Positions 18,084-26,944 of a stretch of 31,849 bases of DNA are shown here, piece after piece. Position 1 is the first letter of the stretch. Each line of letters opens with the position of its first letter. The notes beneath the pieces were generated by a model. That model ran no database searches. It had not been told where the DNA came from and worked only from the letters and a program-made list of their open reading frames with translations. Position numbers and translations under genes: made by a program. Where the stretch lies: IMG/VR virus record IMGVR_UViG_3300049015_000083, positions 1-31,849 of that record. One strand, written 5' to 3'. The DNA comes from a virus. Lineage: Duplodnaviria; Caudoviricetes.

Positions 18084-19477
18084 GGGGTGGGGGAGTTGGT
18101 CGGCTGGTATTCGCTGGTGCTCGTTAGGCGCATTTTCAGCGGATCGATGGGAACCCTGTATTGGGCCTCCACTTCCTGACGGATGATCGTTGCCAGCGCC
18201 TCTTCTTGGGCGCGTTGGTAAAGGTGATCCTCTAGGTTCTTGCCTTGTTCCGCTAGAATGTCGGTGAGGTTCCGCAACCCGAGTTTGTATTCCTCGCGGA
18301 TGGCGGAAGAATCCTTGCCGAAGTCGATGCTGAGAAACGGCGGAGTGCTGAAGGTCCAGCGATAGAAATCCTTATCAAAGGAAAGCAGTTCCAGTTTGAT
18401 GGCCTTGCTGATGGCGTAGTTGACGATTCGCAGGAGCACGGGCATCAGAAGCGCCTGCCGATCTTCAACGGCGCGTTGCCCTTGTCTGAGGGCGATGCGG
18501 TCGGCGGTGCCGTTACCTTGGGCGGCGTTCAGCAGGGCCAGCGGCCAGCCGGTGCCATTAAGGGCGATCTTTTCCAGCCTCTCGTGGAATGCCTGATACT
18601 CGACGGAGGGGCGGCTGTTGTTGACCGCTTCCAACTTGCTGCCGTCGCCGCTTCGGAAAAACTTTATCGTGCCGTCTTCGTAGGTCTCGCAGGTGGGTGT
18701 TCCATCGCAGGAGTATTCAACCGTTGGATTCGTGTCGTCTGGTCCGCCCATCGGGTTGGATTCCACAAAGGCGATAGTGGCCAACAGAAGTTGGGCCATC
18801 ATTTCCTTCTCGGTGGAATCCGCCATGTCCCGGAATTGGTTGATGGCGTGGCTGAAGAGTCCGAGGCCGCGAGATTGTTCGAAATACTCGGGATCAAAAA
18901 CATGGATGAGATCGGCGGCGGAAACGTCTTGGTCTTCCGATTCAGTTTCTCCCAATACCCTGTAAGCTACGGGCCGGCCGCTCTTCGCTTGGATCACTCC
19001 TTTGCGGATTTTGAGTCCGGCGTATTTTCCAACGGTGACCCTCTTCTCGTTGGTGCGTTGCCCGACCTGATGGGCGGGAATGCACTGGATTTGCGGGTAG
19101 CCCGTTTTTGAATCTGTTAAAAGAATGAACGCGTCCCCGTCGCGGTCGATGGCGACCGATATGAGGTAAAGCACGGTCTGAAGGTCGAAGCCCTTCACGT
19201 CGGCGGCTCGATAGAACTTGGAAAGCCAGTCGGTGGCTTCGGCCTTCCATGCCTTGTTGGCTCCTAGGAAATACGGCAAAAACGCGTTGCCGACTGAATA
19301 GGTTGCCTTCTGCTGGATCGTGCCTTTGACGGTGCCGTGGTTGGCGTAAAGCTTGCGGCTGCCGGAAATGACGGTCGCCAAGTCGGCGTTGGAGATGAGT
19401 TCATCGAAATCCTTGGCAACGTTGGGCGTCCATCGGCGGTTCGTTCGCCGAACAGTGGAATCAAGGAACTTCTCCAT
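18080..19477 (-). CDS. Portal protein, lambda family
   Basis: DRDGDAF, IHVFDP...QSRGL, RPS and IDFGKD motifs; start at 19477 (TGATG overlap). Confidence 0.88.
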   Translation of the reverse strand: MEKFLDSTVRRTNRRWTPNVAKDFDELISNADLATVISGSRKLYANHGTVKGTIQQKATYSVGNAFLPYFLGANKAWKAEATDWLSKFYRAADVKGFDLQTVLYLISVAIDRDGDAFILLTDSKTGYPQIQCIPAHQVGQRTNEKRVTVGKYAGLKIRKGVIQAKSGRPVAYRVLGETESEDQDVSAADLIHVFDPEYFEQSRGLGLFSHAINQFRDMADSTEKEMMAQLLLATIAFVESNPMGGPDDTNPTVEYSCDGTPTCETYEDGTIKFFRSGDGSKLEAVNNSRPSVEYQAFHERLEKIALNGTGWPLALLNAAQGNGTADRIALRQGQRAVEDRQALLMPVLLRIVNYAISKAIKLELLSFDKDFYRWTFSTPPFLSIDFGKDSSAIREEYKLGLRNLTDILAEQGKNLEDHLYQRAQEEALATIIRQEVEAQYRVPIDPLKMRLTSTSEYQPTNSPTP

Positions 19478-19743
19478 CAACGAACCACCCCCGCGATTTT
19501 TGAGACCGGGCGCGTGTCCAGATAGGCGAGCGCCGCCGATAGGGTGGAGAACCACGAGGCAACGCTCATGGAGTTTGATTGAAAGGCCACGCTCACGCCG
19601 TTGGCGGAGGTCGCCGCCACTTCTTTTCCTTTGCCTGCGGCCATCGCGGCCACGGCAGTTTCAAGCCATGCCTCGATTTGCTCGCGGTTCTCAGGCTTCG
19701 CGTATGCCCAACGGTAAAGACTCTTTGCAAGTGATGTGTCCAT
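19477..19743 (-). CDS. Head completion protein (gpW-like position)
   Basis: 88-aa ORF coupled to the portal gene; SANGVSVAF hairpin motif. Confidence 0.65.
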   Translation of the reverse strand: MDTSLAKSLYRWAYAKPENREQIEAWLETAVAAMAAGKGKEVAATSANGVSVAFQSNSMSVASWFSTLSAALAYLDTRPVSKIAGVVR

Positions 19744-19809
19744 TCATTGCTGGAAAGAATGTCAAAACTTGGAATCGACCCACTTAGCGTTGGCTGCCAT
19801 GATCCACGA

Positions 19810-20463
19810 ATGAGTTTTTGGAACTCTCTTCCCGCAGTCACATATGCCGCATGGCTTTCGGGCCTCTTTGCGGTCCTTCTCACGGTCACGACCTTCGTTT
19901 TCTCGGAACGGAAGGGTACCCTCAACGATACGGCTAATGCCGAAGCGAATTCAAAAAGGGACTCGGAAACTCAGGCTGCGAAAGAGCGGGCTGCCAATGC
20001 GGAGAAAGAAGCTGCGAAAGCTAACGAGCATACGGCTCAACTTGAGAAGGAGGCTGCGGGGTTGCGGCTGGAGCAGGAGCACCTGAGAACCCAGCAATCG
20101 GCGAGAAGGGTGACTGAGAACCAAGCCAATGCCGCTTCCATGCTATTAGTTGGCGCACCGAGGGGAAAGATTCGGTTTAACGTGCAGGCGGGAGATCCTG
20201 AATCTATTGCGTTCGCGACGCAACTTGTTGTTCTGTTTCGAAAGAATGCGTTTCAAGTGGAGGATGTGAGTCCCATGGTTGCTTTCGGACCGTTGCCAAC
20301 TGAAGAGATTATTGCCATGCGCAGTTCCACAGAACCTCCCGCGCATGCTGGTGCAGTCCAACAGGCACTTGAAACTGTTGGTATTAAGGCCCCGGCGGTA
20401 GTGAATGAAGGTATACCGGAGGATTTGGTCGAAGTTTTTGTGGTGTCACGGGGCTTTCGATAG
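19810..20463 (+). CDS. Moron: membrane-anchored coiled-coil protein
   Basis: Opposite strand, between terL and gpW-like gene; N-terminal TM helix, coiled coil, alpha/beta C-terminal domain. Start uncertain (19747-19810). Confidence 0.7.
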   Translation: MSFWNSLPAVTYAAWLSGLFAVLLTVTTFVFSERKGTLNDTANAEANSKRDSETQAAKERAANAEKEAAKANEHTAQLEKEAAGLRLEQEHLRTQQSARRVTENQANAASMLLVGAPRGKIRFNVQAGDPESIAFATQLVVLFRKNAFQVEDVSPMVAFGPLPTEEIIAMRSSTEPPAHAGAVQQALETVGIKAPAVVNEGIPEDLVEVFVVSRGFR

Positions 20464-20482
20464 GACTGCATCAGGCCTTTGA

Positions 20483-22174
20483 TCACTCGGATGGCGACAC
20501 CACGGGGTAACACCCGTGCATCATAGCTCCAATGAGCGCCTCGGTTTCGCAGTCGAGGATGTGGTTTTTGGTTTTCACCTGTTTGTAAAAGGGTTTGCCG
20601 TCCACAAGCGTTTTGATTTCGCTGTTGAGCTGGTTCTTGTAATCCTCGCTGATATCCGAGGGAACTTCCCACCGCGCACCGTTTCCGCTTTTCAAAATGA
20701 AGAGGATGTCCTTAGCGCTGTTGGACGAGTAATAGGTGATGACGGCGTTTCCGATGGCGCTCGAATGAACGACGGGCGCACCAAAGATCCGGCGATACTT
20801 TTTGCCGGTCCTCTTGTTCGTGATCAAAAAATTCTGGTCGCTGCGGCCATTGAGACCTAGCCAACCGTAACGGGCCAAGTGTTCCTTCACTTCCTGCGTT
20901 CGATAGGCACTGTCGATGAAGACCGCTTTGGACTTGATGCCCCATTTTTCTTGGATCGCTTTTAAATCCGAGAAATTGATCACCTTGCCGTATTCCAATA
21001 GGCGGGATTCGCCGCTCTTGGCGAAAGTCCGCACGACGTAATAGAGGTAATCAAGCTGAACGTCCGCCGCTAGGATCGTGACTTCCCACGGCTTCGCTTC
21101 CGCCAAGGTGTAATCGGAAAGATTCACCACCGCGTCTTTCACCGTCAGCATTTCGTCCCAACTGATGGCCAGCCGCTTTTGGAAGAACTGGCGGAGGGGA
21201 TCGAAGTCGCCTTTTTTGCGGGCCTCGTTCGCTTTGAGGAACTGAATCACGAGCTTCTGCCAGCTCACCCACCAGATACAAAGGGCGTTGTAGTGGAAAG
21301 CTATGTGGCCGCTCAACGGGTTTTCGCTATCGGCGGCGACGTAGGAACCGCTTTCCGCCATTGCCCGCCGGTCGTTCACCGTGTCCCTGTAGGCATGGCC
21401 GCACGGGCATTCGTAATGGACCGCGAGGCTTTCCCAGATCACGCCGCCGTCGGCGGTGCGGTCGCTGGTCCATTTCAGGTTTTCAAAAACGTATGGATGG
21501 AACTCCTTGCACCCCCAGCAAAGGTAGGAGAACCGATGGACGAAGCACTGCCGATAGGCCAAATCGAAATCGTCCCCCACGGTCCCGCTCTGGGACACGA
21601 GAACCACCTTGCTTTGAAAGCGGTCGTGGCAACGGCGGCGGGCCTCTTCCAACAGGCTCTTTTTGAGTAGCCAGGCTTCATCTATTAAAACCGTGTCGCA
21701 GCTCTTGCTCTGGAAATTACTGAGGTTCGCGCCTCCCACCCAAACGGGCATGTGGGGGAACTGGATCATGTCCTTGCGGACGGCGTGGCGGTCCTTCGGC
21801 CAAAGGGGATCAATGAGGGCGCAACCTTTCAGGGCAGGCAAAAGCCCCGTAGCCATCCACTCGGCGGCGTCCGTATCGGTCTGAGCACTGAACAGGGTCG
21901 GGCCGGGTTTGGCAGCCACGATGTAAGTCCCGATGATTTCAAAAAGGGTGCTCTTGCCGGAACCTACCGGGGCGTTGATTACGATTTCTGAGGCTTCGTG
22001 TCCGAGAATGGTTTCCAACGGCTGGATCAACCAAGGCGTTTGCCGAAGGTCCGCCGTTTCCGATCTGCTGGAACGAGCAAGCCGAACGTTCGCCGCCGCC
22101 CATTCCACGATGTCCAGCTTGGGCGCGGGACAGATCCCGACGCAGAAGGCCGTGAAGAGTCTGGCCTTATTCAA
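20483..22174 (-). CDS. terL: Terminase large subunit, GpA family
   Basis: Walker A APVGSGKS, Walker B VLIDE, Cys clusters CWGC/CPCGH, nuclease motifs AADVQ, FIDSAY and NHILDCE. Confidence 0.95.
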   Translation of the reverse strand: MNKARLFTAFCVGICPAPKLDIVEWAAANVRLARSSRSETADLRQTPWLIQPLETILGHEASEIVINAPVGSGKSTLFEIIGTYIVAAKPGPTLFSAQTDTDAAEWMATGLLPALKGCALIDPLWPKDRHAVRKDMIQFPHMPVWVGGANLSNFQSKSCDTVLIDEAWLLKKSLLEEARRRCHDRFQSKVVLVSQSGTVGDDFDLAYRQCFVHRFSYLCWGCKEFHPYVFENLKWTSDRTADGGVIWESLAVHYECPCGHAYRDTVNDRRAMAESGSYVAADSENPLSGHIAFHYNALCIWWVSWQKLVIQFLKANEARKKGDFDPLRQFFQKRLAISWDEMLTVKDAVVNLSDYTLAEAKPWEVTILAADVQLDYLYYVVRTFAKSGESRLLEYGKVINFSDLKAIQEKWGIKSKAVFIDSAYRTQEVKEHLARYGWLGLNGRSDQNFLITNKRTGKKYRRIFGAPVVHSSAIGNAVITYYSSNSAKDILFILKSGNGARWEVPSDISEDYKNQLNSEIKTLVDGKPFYKQVKTKNHILDCETEALIGAMMHGCYPVVSPSE

Positions 22175-22562
22175 GGGGTGTTTCCTCCAGGAGGAAACCA
22201 GCTTCCTCGGGTTCGGCGGCCGGCTCCGATAGGGTGAAGCTTTCAGCTAACGACAAAAGGACTTCATCGACCGCGCCCCGGATGATTTCGATCATTGCCG
22301 CTGCCGTTAGCCCTTCCAGCTTCGGCGGCAGGGTAGAGATGAATCGCGCCAGTTGGCTCTTGGTCTTCGCCCCGATCTCCAAAAATGATTCCTCCACTTC
22401 GGCGATGCTAACGAGGCTTCCTTGAAGCTTCTCCTTTTTCAGCCGCTCGATCTCGGCCTGTTGTTCCTTGATGTCAGCGATTGCGATGTCCCGGCGGTTT
22501 CGGGCGTTCTCCGCGTTAGCTGCGTCATCCTCAAACTTCTTTTTCTTCCTCTGTCCTATCAT
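22167..22562 (-). CDS. terS: Terminase small subunit (Nu1-like C-terminal part)
   Basis: Overlaps the terL start; coiled coil plus GSLVSIAEV...LPPKLEGL pattern. Confidence 0.7.
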   Translation of the reverse strand: MIGQRKKKKFEDDAANAENARNRRDIAIADIKEQQAEIERLKKEKLQGSLVSIAEVEESFLEIGAKTKSQLARFISTLPPKLEGLTAAAMIEIIRGAVDEVLLSLAESFTLSEPAAEPEEAGFLLEETPLE

Positions 22563-22783
22563 GCAAAAATCGACAAAAACTGCCGGGTTTTATATGAGTG
22601 CGGACTGTCAAAAGCTTGTGGTTCTAAGGGTTGCGGGCGTGGCCTGTTTTAAAAATAGGTCACACACCGACATGTCGAAATCGCCAACTTTCTGATGCTA
22701 AGGATGTTAGAATAGATTTCTTGTCCGGCGGGGTCCCGTATTAATATTGACGACTGTTTAGGGTCATTCAGACTTTTTTAATA

Positions 22784-23515
22784 ATGCAGATTCGTTTTCC
22801 TGTTAACTTTTCCACTCCTTTGGATGAGCTAATCCAACTTGCGAGGGCGGAAATCACCTCACCCAAAGGTCGCCAAGAGCTATTGATGGCGTTTGATTAC
22901 CTTCTTCTGTGGCAAGACCGGTTCAGAGAAAAATATGGAGAGCTTGTCAGCGTCTCTCACCTCAGTAATCCTGATGATCCTCCTGACGTGATCGCTCATT
23001 TTGAAGGAGCGGAATTGGCGATAGAGCTTACCACTGGTGATCCTAGCCATCTTCCGCAGTCGGATGCGCTCTATAACAGGATAGGGAACAACCGCGCGCG
23101 CACCCAAGTGCCATTTACGATAAATCCGGGTAATGCTGAAGAAGCGGAAGACATGATGTTTATCCCCGGATATGCACCGTGGGAGCCAGTTGCCGACCGA
23201 AACACCGAGAGGGCGCGATTGATCATCGAAAGGGCCAGGGCGAAGTTCGAGCTGCCCGGAGTTCAAAAATTCTCTGAAGCGATCGTTTTGCTGAATTCGG
23301 GCGAATTTGGAGCGCAGTTCGACGCAACAGGCGTTTTTCAAGGCATCCAACATGTTAAGTCGGAACTGTCGTCCCATACTGGATGGATGATTGGATACAT
23401 TTCCAGAAATAACGATTGGGACTATTTTACCGCATTGCAGGAAGACGTTTGCCGAGTGAAGATAAAAACTGTTCATAGTGCTGAACACAGCGGAATTGTA
23501 AGGCGGCTACCCTAG
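22784..23515 (+). CDS. Moron: putative PD-(D/E)XK-fold nuclease-like protein
   Basis: DDPPDVIAHF....AIELT motif; opposite strand; upstream TTGACG at 22747. Confidence 0.6.
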   Translation: MQIRFPVNFSTPLDELIQLARAEITSPKGRQELLMAFDYLLLWQDRFREKYGELVSVSHLSNPDDPPDVIAHFEGAELAIELTTGDPSHLPQSDALYNRIGNNRARTQVPFTINPGNAEEAEDMMFIPGYAPWEPVADRNTERARLIIERARAKFELPGVQKFSEAIVLLNSGEFGAQFDATGVFQGIQHVKSELSSHTGWMIGYISRNNDWDYFTALQEDVCRVKIKTVHSAEHSGIVRRLP

Positions 23516-23530
23516 AGTTAGCGTCCGCGA

Positions 23531-24001
23531 TCACAGCTCCTCCTTCAACTGTTGGAGCATCGACTTGATGATTTCTTTCTCCTGTTGGGAAAGGTTCTTC
23601 TTTTCCGCTAGGGCGCGAACGTCGCTGCATAAGGTGCCGACGGTCATCAGTGCGGATTTCTTGCCCGCGTTGTTCCGATGGGGTGTCTTGCGGTTGGCGC
23701 GATCTATCACGCCCGCGTTTTCCAGAAACAGCTTGTCCACCTTGTTCCGGTTCATGAGGAACTTATACACACGCCAGATTTCGTTGGCTTCCGTTGGGGT
23801 GATCTTCAGGATCTTGGCTAACGTGCCGATGAGCTCGCTTCGCGTCTCATCTTTGAGCAATTCAAAAAATAACAGTTGTTGCCCGATCTCCACCTTCAGC
23901 TTTTCGAGCGAGGCGCGGAGGTTCTTGGTTCTCTCTCTTAGTGCAGCGTTGTGCCTCCTGATAGTCTTGGAGAGGGCGGCGATTCGTTGTTCCTTATCCA
24001 T
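23531..24001 (-). CDS. Hypothetical basic helical phage protein
   Basis: Start re-assigned to MDKEQR at 24001, overlapping the upstream stop. Confidence 0.6.
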   Translation of the reverse strand: MDKEQRIAALSKTIRRHNAALRERTKNLRASLEKLKVEIGQQLLFFELLKDETRSELIGTLAKILKITPTEANEIWRVYKFLMNRNKVDKLFLENAGVIDRANRKTPHRNNAGKKSALMTVGTLCSDVRALAEKKNLSQQEKEIIKSMLQQLKEEL

Positions 24002-24371
24002 GAAGCTGGTTGTTGCGGTTCTCGCGGCACTTGTCGGCCTTGTCCAAGTCCATCTGGAGCAGGGAAGGAGGCAAGCCAGCGACGCGGCGGAAGTTCTTGG
24101 CATAAACGCTGAGCGTGCCGCTAGACAGGTTCAGCTCGCGGCCGATCTCCCGCATGGAACGGTCGGTGATACTCGATAGCCCAAGGGCGAACGCCACGCC
24201 ATACGCGGCGGCGGTCTTGTCCTTTGATTCCAAAATGAAAGCCACCGCTAGGCTTATGATGCGGATGAACGCCAGCCCCGCCTCGCGGGTTTCGTTGCTG
24301 GTCGTCTCGGGTTCGAGGTAATCGACCGGCTCGCGGAAGTCGATTAGGACGTTGTAGGGTGAGTCGTGCAT
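23994..24371 (-). CDS. HTH DNA-binding protein (sigma region-4-like)
   Basis: SMREIGRELNLSSGTLSVYAK helix-turn-helix; start at 24371. Confidence 0.65.
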   Translation of the reverse strand: MHDSPYNVLIDFREPVDYLEPETTSNETREAGLAFIRIISLAVAFILESKDKTAAAYGVAFALGLSSITDRSMREIGRELNLSSGTLSVYAKNFRRVAGLPPSLLQMDLDKADKCRENRNNQLHG

Positions 24372-24384
24372 ACCTTTATAATAC

Positions 24385-25134
24385 TCAGTTCGCCAAAGCC
24401 AGATCGGCACTATTTGCGTGTTTTCTAATGTTTTCGACTCGGTCACAGGCTCGGAGGTTTGTGAAATGGTTCGCCACCAATTCCTCGCTGGGATCCAACA
24501 AGTCAAAATCCCTCAATGACTTGATGTGGTCTAGCGTCCAAACCTTGCCTCGGTTGCTCCAAGTCCATCCCGCTTGAAAGGTGCTCTCGATATGAGCGAT
24601 TAGCTCCTTGTAAGGGCAACCAAAGAAGAATTCATAGGAATCAGGCGGCAGCTTTCCCTTTAAACCTTCTTCCAGATTCTTCCGAGCCGCGACGGTTGCC
24701 GCGTATTTCTTTTCATTTACTTCACGATTTACTCTGTAAGCGGCTTTTGTCTCGGTATCGGGTTCACCATTTTTGCAACCCTGCCAGCTTTCTTGAAACG
24801 CGATGAATTCTGGTGTGAAGGCGAAGTCCTTAGCCTTAAAGCTGGTGATCGTGAGTAGGTCGGGGCGGCGTGCGTTCACGCCAAGCTCCACCTGCCATTT
24901 GGATTGCACCTTTGAGTCAACCGATTTGCCGCCCAATAGCTGGGCAATCTGGGAGAGGGTAAAGGTGCTGTTGGTCGCATAACTTTCGCCCTGTTTCAAT
25001 CTCTGATCAAAAACGAAGAATCGCAGCCTGTATTGCTCGGTTTCACCGTAAAGGTGACTGAAAACGATTTCCTTCAGTTGCGCGTTGTGAGGGACGCCCG
25101 TCGTTAATTTATTCTGATTACGTTTGGTATTCAT
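24385..25134 (-). CDS. HNH/endonuclease VII-like protein
   Basis: GC...ELIAHIESTF..GWTW.N.G..W.LDHI......FDL.......HFTNL......EN..K; lower GC. Confidence 0.75.
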   Translation of the reverse strand: MNTKRNQNKLTTGVPHNAQLKEIVFSHLYGETEQYRLRFFVFDQRLKQGESYATNSTFTLSQIAQLLGGKSVDSKVQSKWQVELGVNARRPDLLTITSFKAKDFAFTPEFIAFQESWQGCKNGEPDTETKAAYRVNREVNEKKYAATVAARKNLEEGLKGKLPPDSYEFFFGCPYKELIAHIESTFQAGWTWSNRGKVWTLDHIKSLRDFDLLDPSEELVANHFTNLRACDRVENIRKHANSADLALAN

Positions 25135-25195
25135 AATCTCTATTACACGACAAAAAATAATTGTGAACGGTTCGGCGAAAATAACTGAAATAAGT

Positions 25196-25492
25196 TTACG
25201 CGGCCCGCTCGCTCGCCGTTTTAGCTAGGTGGCACTCGTGACAAAGAGCCTGATAGTTCGCGGCGTCGCAAAAAAGGCGGTCGCAAAAAGTATCAAAGTT
25301 GATGAACCGGCCGACCGGGGCCGCATGATCCATTTGTATCTTTTTACTTGGAAATATATTACCGCAGAAGGCGCACCGATACTGGTTGGGGCCGACTCGG
25401 GCGGCTTTCTTGGCTTCCGTCTTGGAGGGCCAGCGCATGCTCGCCCGTCTGAGGGCGGCGATTATCCAGGCACGCTTCTGCTTTTCCGTCAT
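25196..25492 (-). CDS. HNH endonuclease (packaging-associated type)
   Basis: CAFC, QMDH and NYQALCHECHLAKT motifs; start re-assigned to MTEKQ at 25492. Confidence 0.85.
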   Translation of the reverse strand: MTEKQKRAWIIAALRRASMRWPSKTEAKKAARVGPNQYRCAFCGNIFPSKKIQMDHAAPVGRFINFDTFCDRLFCDAANYQALCHECHLAKTASERAA

Positions 25493-25493
25493 G

Positions 25494-25565
25494 TTGCGGC
25501 GGCCCGAATCGAACGAGCGTGAGGCTAGCTTATGAGGCTTCCGGGGAACCAACACCCTCACCGCA
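25494..25565 (-). tRNA. tRNA-Met(CAT)-like gene with degenerate anticodon and D stems
   Basis: Acceptor stem TGCGGTG/CGCCGCA, T-arm GCTCG-TTCGATT-CGGGC, anticodon loop CTCATAA closed by AGC/GCT, discriminator A; CCA not encoded. Confidence 0.7.
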
Positions 25566-25748
25566 ACGCAGGGGCTGCCGTCAATTTCTCATCAAGTAAT
25601 TGAAAGAACTAGAGTATGAAACGGCGCAAAGCGGGGGAGCGCGGAAAATCTATTTAGGATTTCTGGTGGCCAAATTTCCTCGTGCAGAAATATCGCTTAG
25701 AACCGTAAGGCACAGGAGGCGGAAACCTTAAACAACTAACAAAATGGA

Positions 25749-25777
25749 TTGACAATTGGAAATCGTTCCTCTAAACA
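25749..25777 (+). promoter_or_regulatory. Canonical sigma70-type promoter
   Basis: TTGACA-17 nt-TAAACA upstream of the plus-strand early genes. Confidence 0.55.
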
Positions 25778-25849
25778 GGGAACAATGGAAACAGACGCGC
25801 TTCAATGGTTGAGGTGCCGGAAACCGAAAGCATAAAAACAAAGCGAATA

Positions 25850-26128
25850 ATGAAAACAGAAGGAAAAAAGGCGTTTCAAATCAAAGAAACGGCGACGGAC
25901 AAGCAAAAATTGAACATTCAAGAGGAGGACCAAGTCGCAGTCTTTCTAATTGGTGACAGTGAAAGTCGAGTGGTCGTCTTAAAGGTAACGAATGTTAAAT
26001 CGAGGGACGGCAACACGAAGGATTACAGAGGGATCTTCCTCGAAGATCTGAACTCAGAGAACGAGTTCGGATTCGACGAAGGGGAAGAATTGGACTTCAC
26101 ATCCAAGGATGTGGTGTTCGCTTGGTAA
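25850..26128 (+). CDS. Small acidic beta-barrel protein, paralog of 26945..27268
   Basis: Aligns by eye with 26945..27268; start may be 25805. Confidence 0.65.
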   Translation: MKTEGKKAFQIKETATDKQKLNIQEEDQVAVFLIGDSESRVVVLKVTNVKSRDGNTKDYRGIFLEDLNSENEFGFDEGEELDFTSKDVVFAW

Positions 26129-26170
26129 TCACACGGACCATCAGGCCCAACGGCTTGGTGGCTCCGCCAT

Positions 26171-26383
26171 ATGAGAAAACAAAAAATAGAGAATACAGAA
26201 GGAGCGGCCGCGCCTGTAATGCGGCTTTATACCACGGAAGAGGCGGCGATGATGTGGGGCCTGTCTTATTGGACGGTGCGGGCCATGGTGCTCGACGGGC
26301 GGCTCCGCCCGATCGTGAACGTGGGGAAGGGCTGGAAGTTTGACGGCTCGGAACTCGGGAAAGCCAAGCTGGAGCGGCTGTGA
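26171..26383 (+). CDS. Excisionase-like HTH (HTH_17/MerR-type) protein
   Basis: LYTTEEAAMMWGLSYWTVRAMVLDGRL...GKGWKF. Confidence 0.8.
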   Translation: MRKQKIENTEGAAAPVMRLYTTEEAAMMWGLSYWTVRAMVLDGRLRPIVNVGKGWKFDGSELGKAKLERL

Positions 26384-26944
26384 AAACCGTCTGTGACGGG
26401 CGGCGCGAACTTTTCTGAAGTTTTTTCAGAAAAACGTCACGCTTCCGGGTATATAGAGAATAGACGCAGTTCGCGGCACATGCGCGGAACCAAGCCCGAA
26501 TGTAGAGATGAAGGAGGGAGGTGGATTCATTACCCGTCGCGGAGATTATTTCAAGGACGAAGGGGACAGCTAGATGGAGGTGGGCTCTTTTGGTTTGATG
26601 AAGGTTAGAAGCAGATTCCAAGTTTTTCGGAGTCTAAGGCTGGTTGTTGCCCCCGTTGTTGATGCTGAATCCCGTTGAATCCTGAAAGAATAGAACGGCA
26701 GTAGTAGCGGTTCCGCCTCGCTAACGCGACGCGGCTCTTAGCGCCCGAGGGACGAAAGCCTCGCGGCTTTACTTTAGCAAAGAATTCCTTTTTGAAATGA
26801 CCATTAAAACTCTGCGCAGCAGCGGGCTAGATCCAAGACGCGCCCGTGGAGCGATCTTGGTTCGCCAACGGCGAAAGATAATTTGGAGTCAATTGGCTCC
26901 TTCGGAATACATTGAAATATAAATTAAACAGAGAATAGAAAACA

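Noticed and set aside
4500-22695. Many plus-strand ORFs in the track (e.g. 4500..5174, 18476..19111, 21179..21670)
   Set aside because: They are antisense shadows of well-supported minus-strand phage genes and have no motifs.
25493-25561. N-terminal extension of the HNH ORF as given in the track
   Set aside because: It overlaps the tRNA-like structure; the ATG at 25492 is the better start.
25494-25565. tRNA-like gene as the attachment site
   Set aside because: It is internal to the element, and I found no duplicate of its 3' end in the window.
26682-26760. Possible hammerhead ribozyme (CTGAAAGA...CGAAA)
   Set aside because: The core does not match CTGANGA, and I could not build the three required stems.
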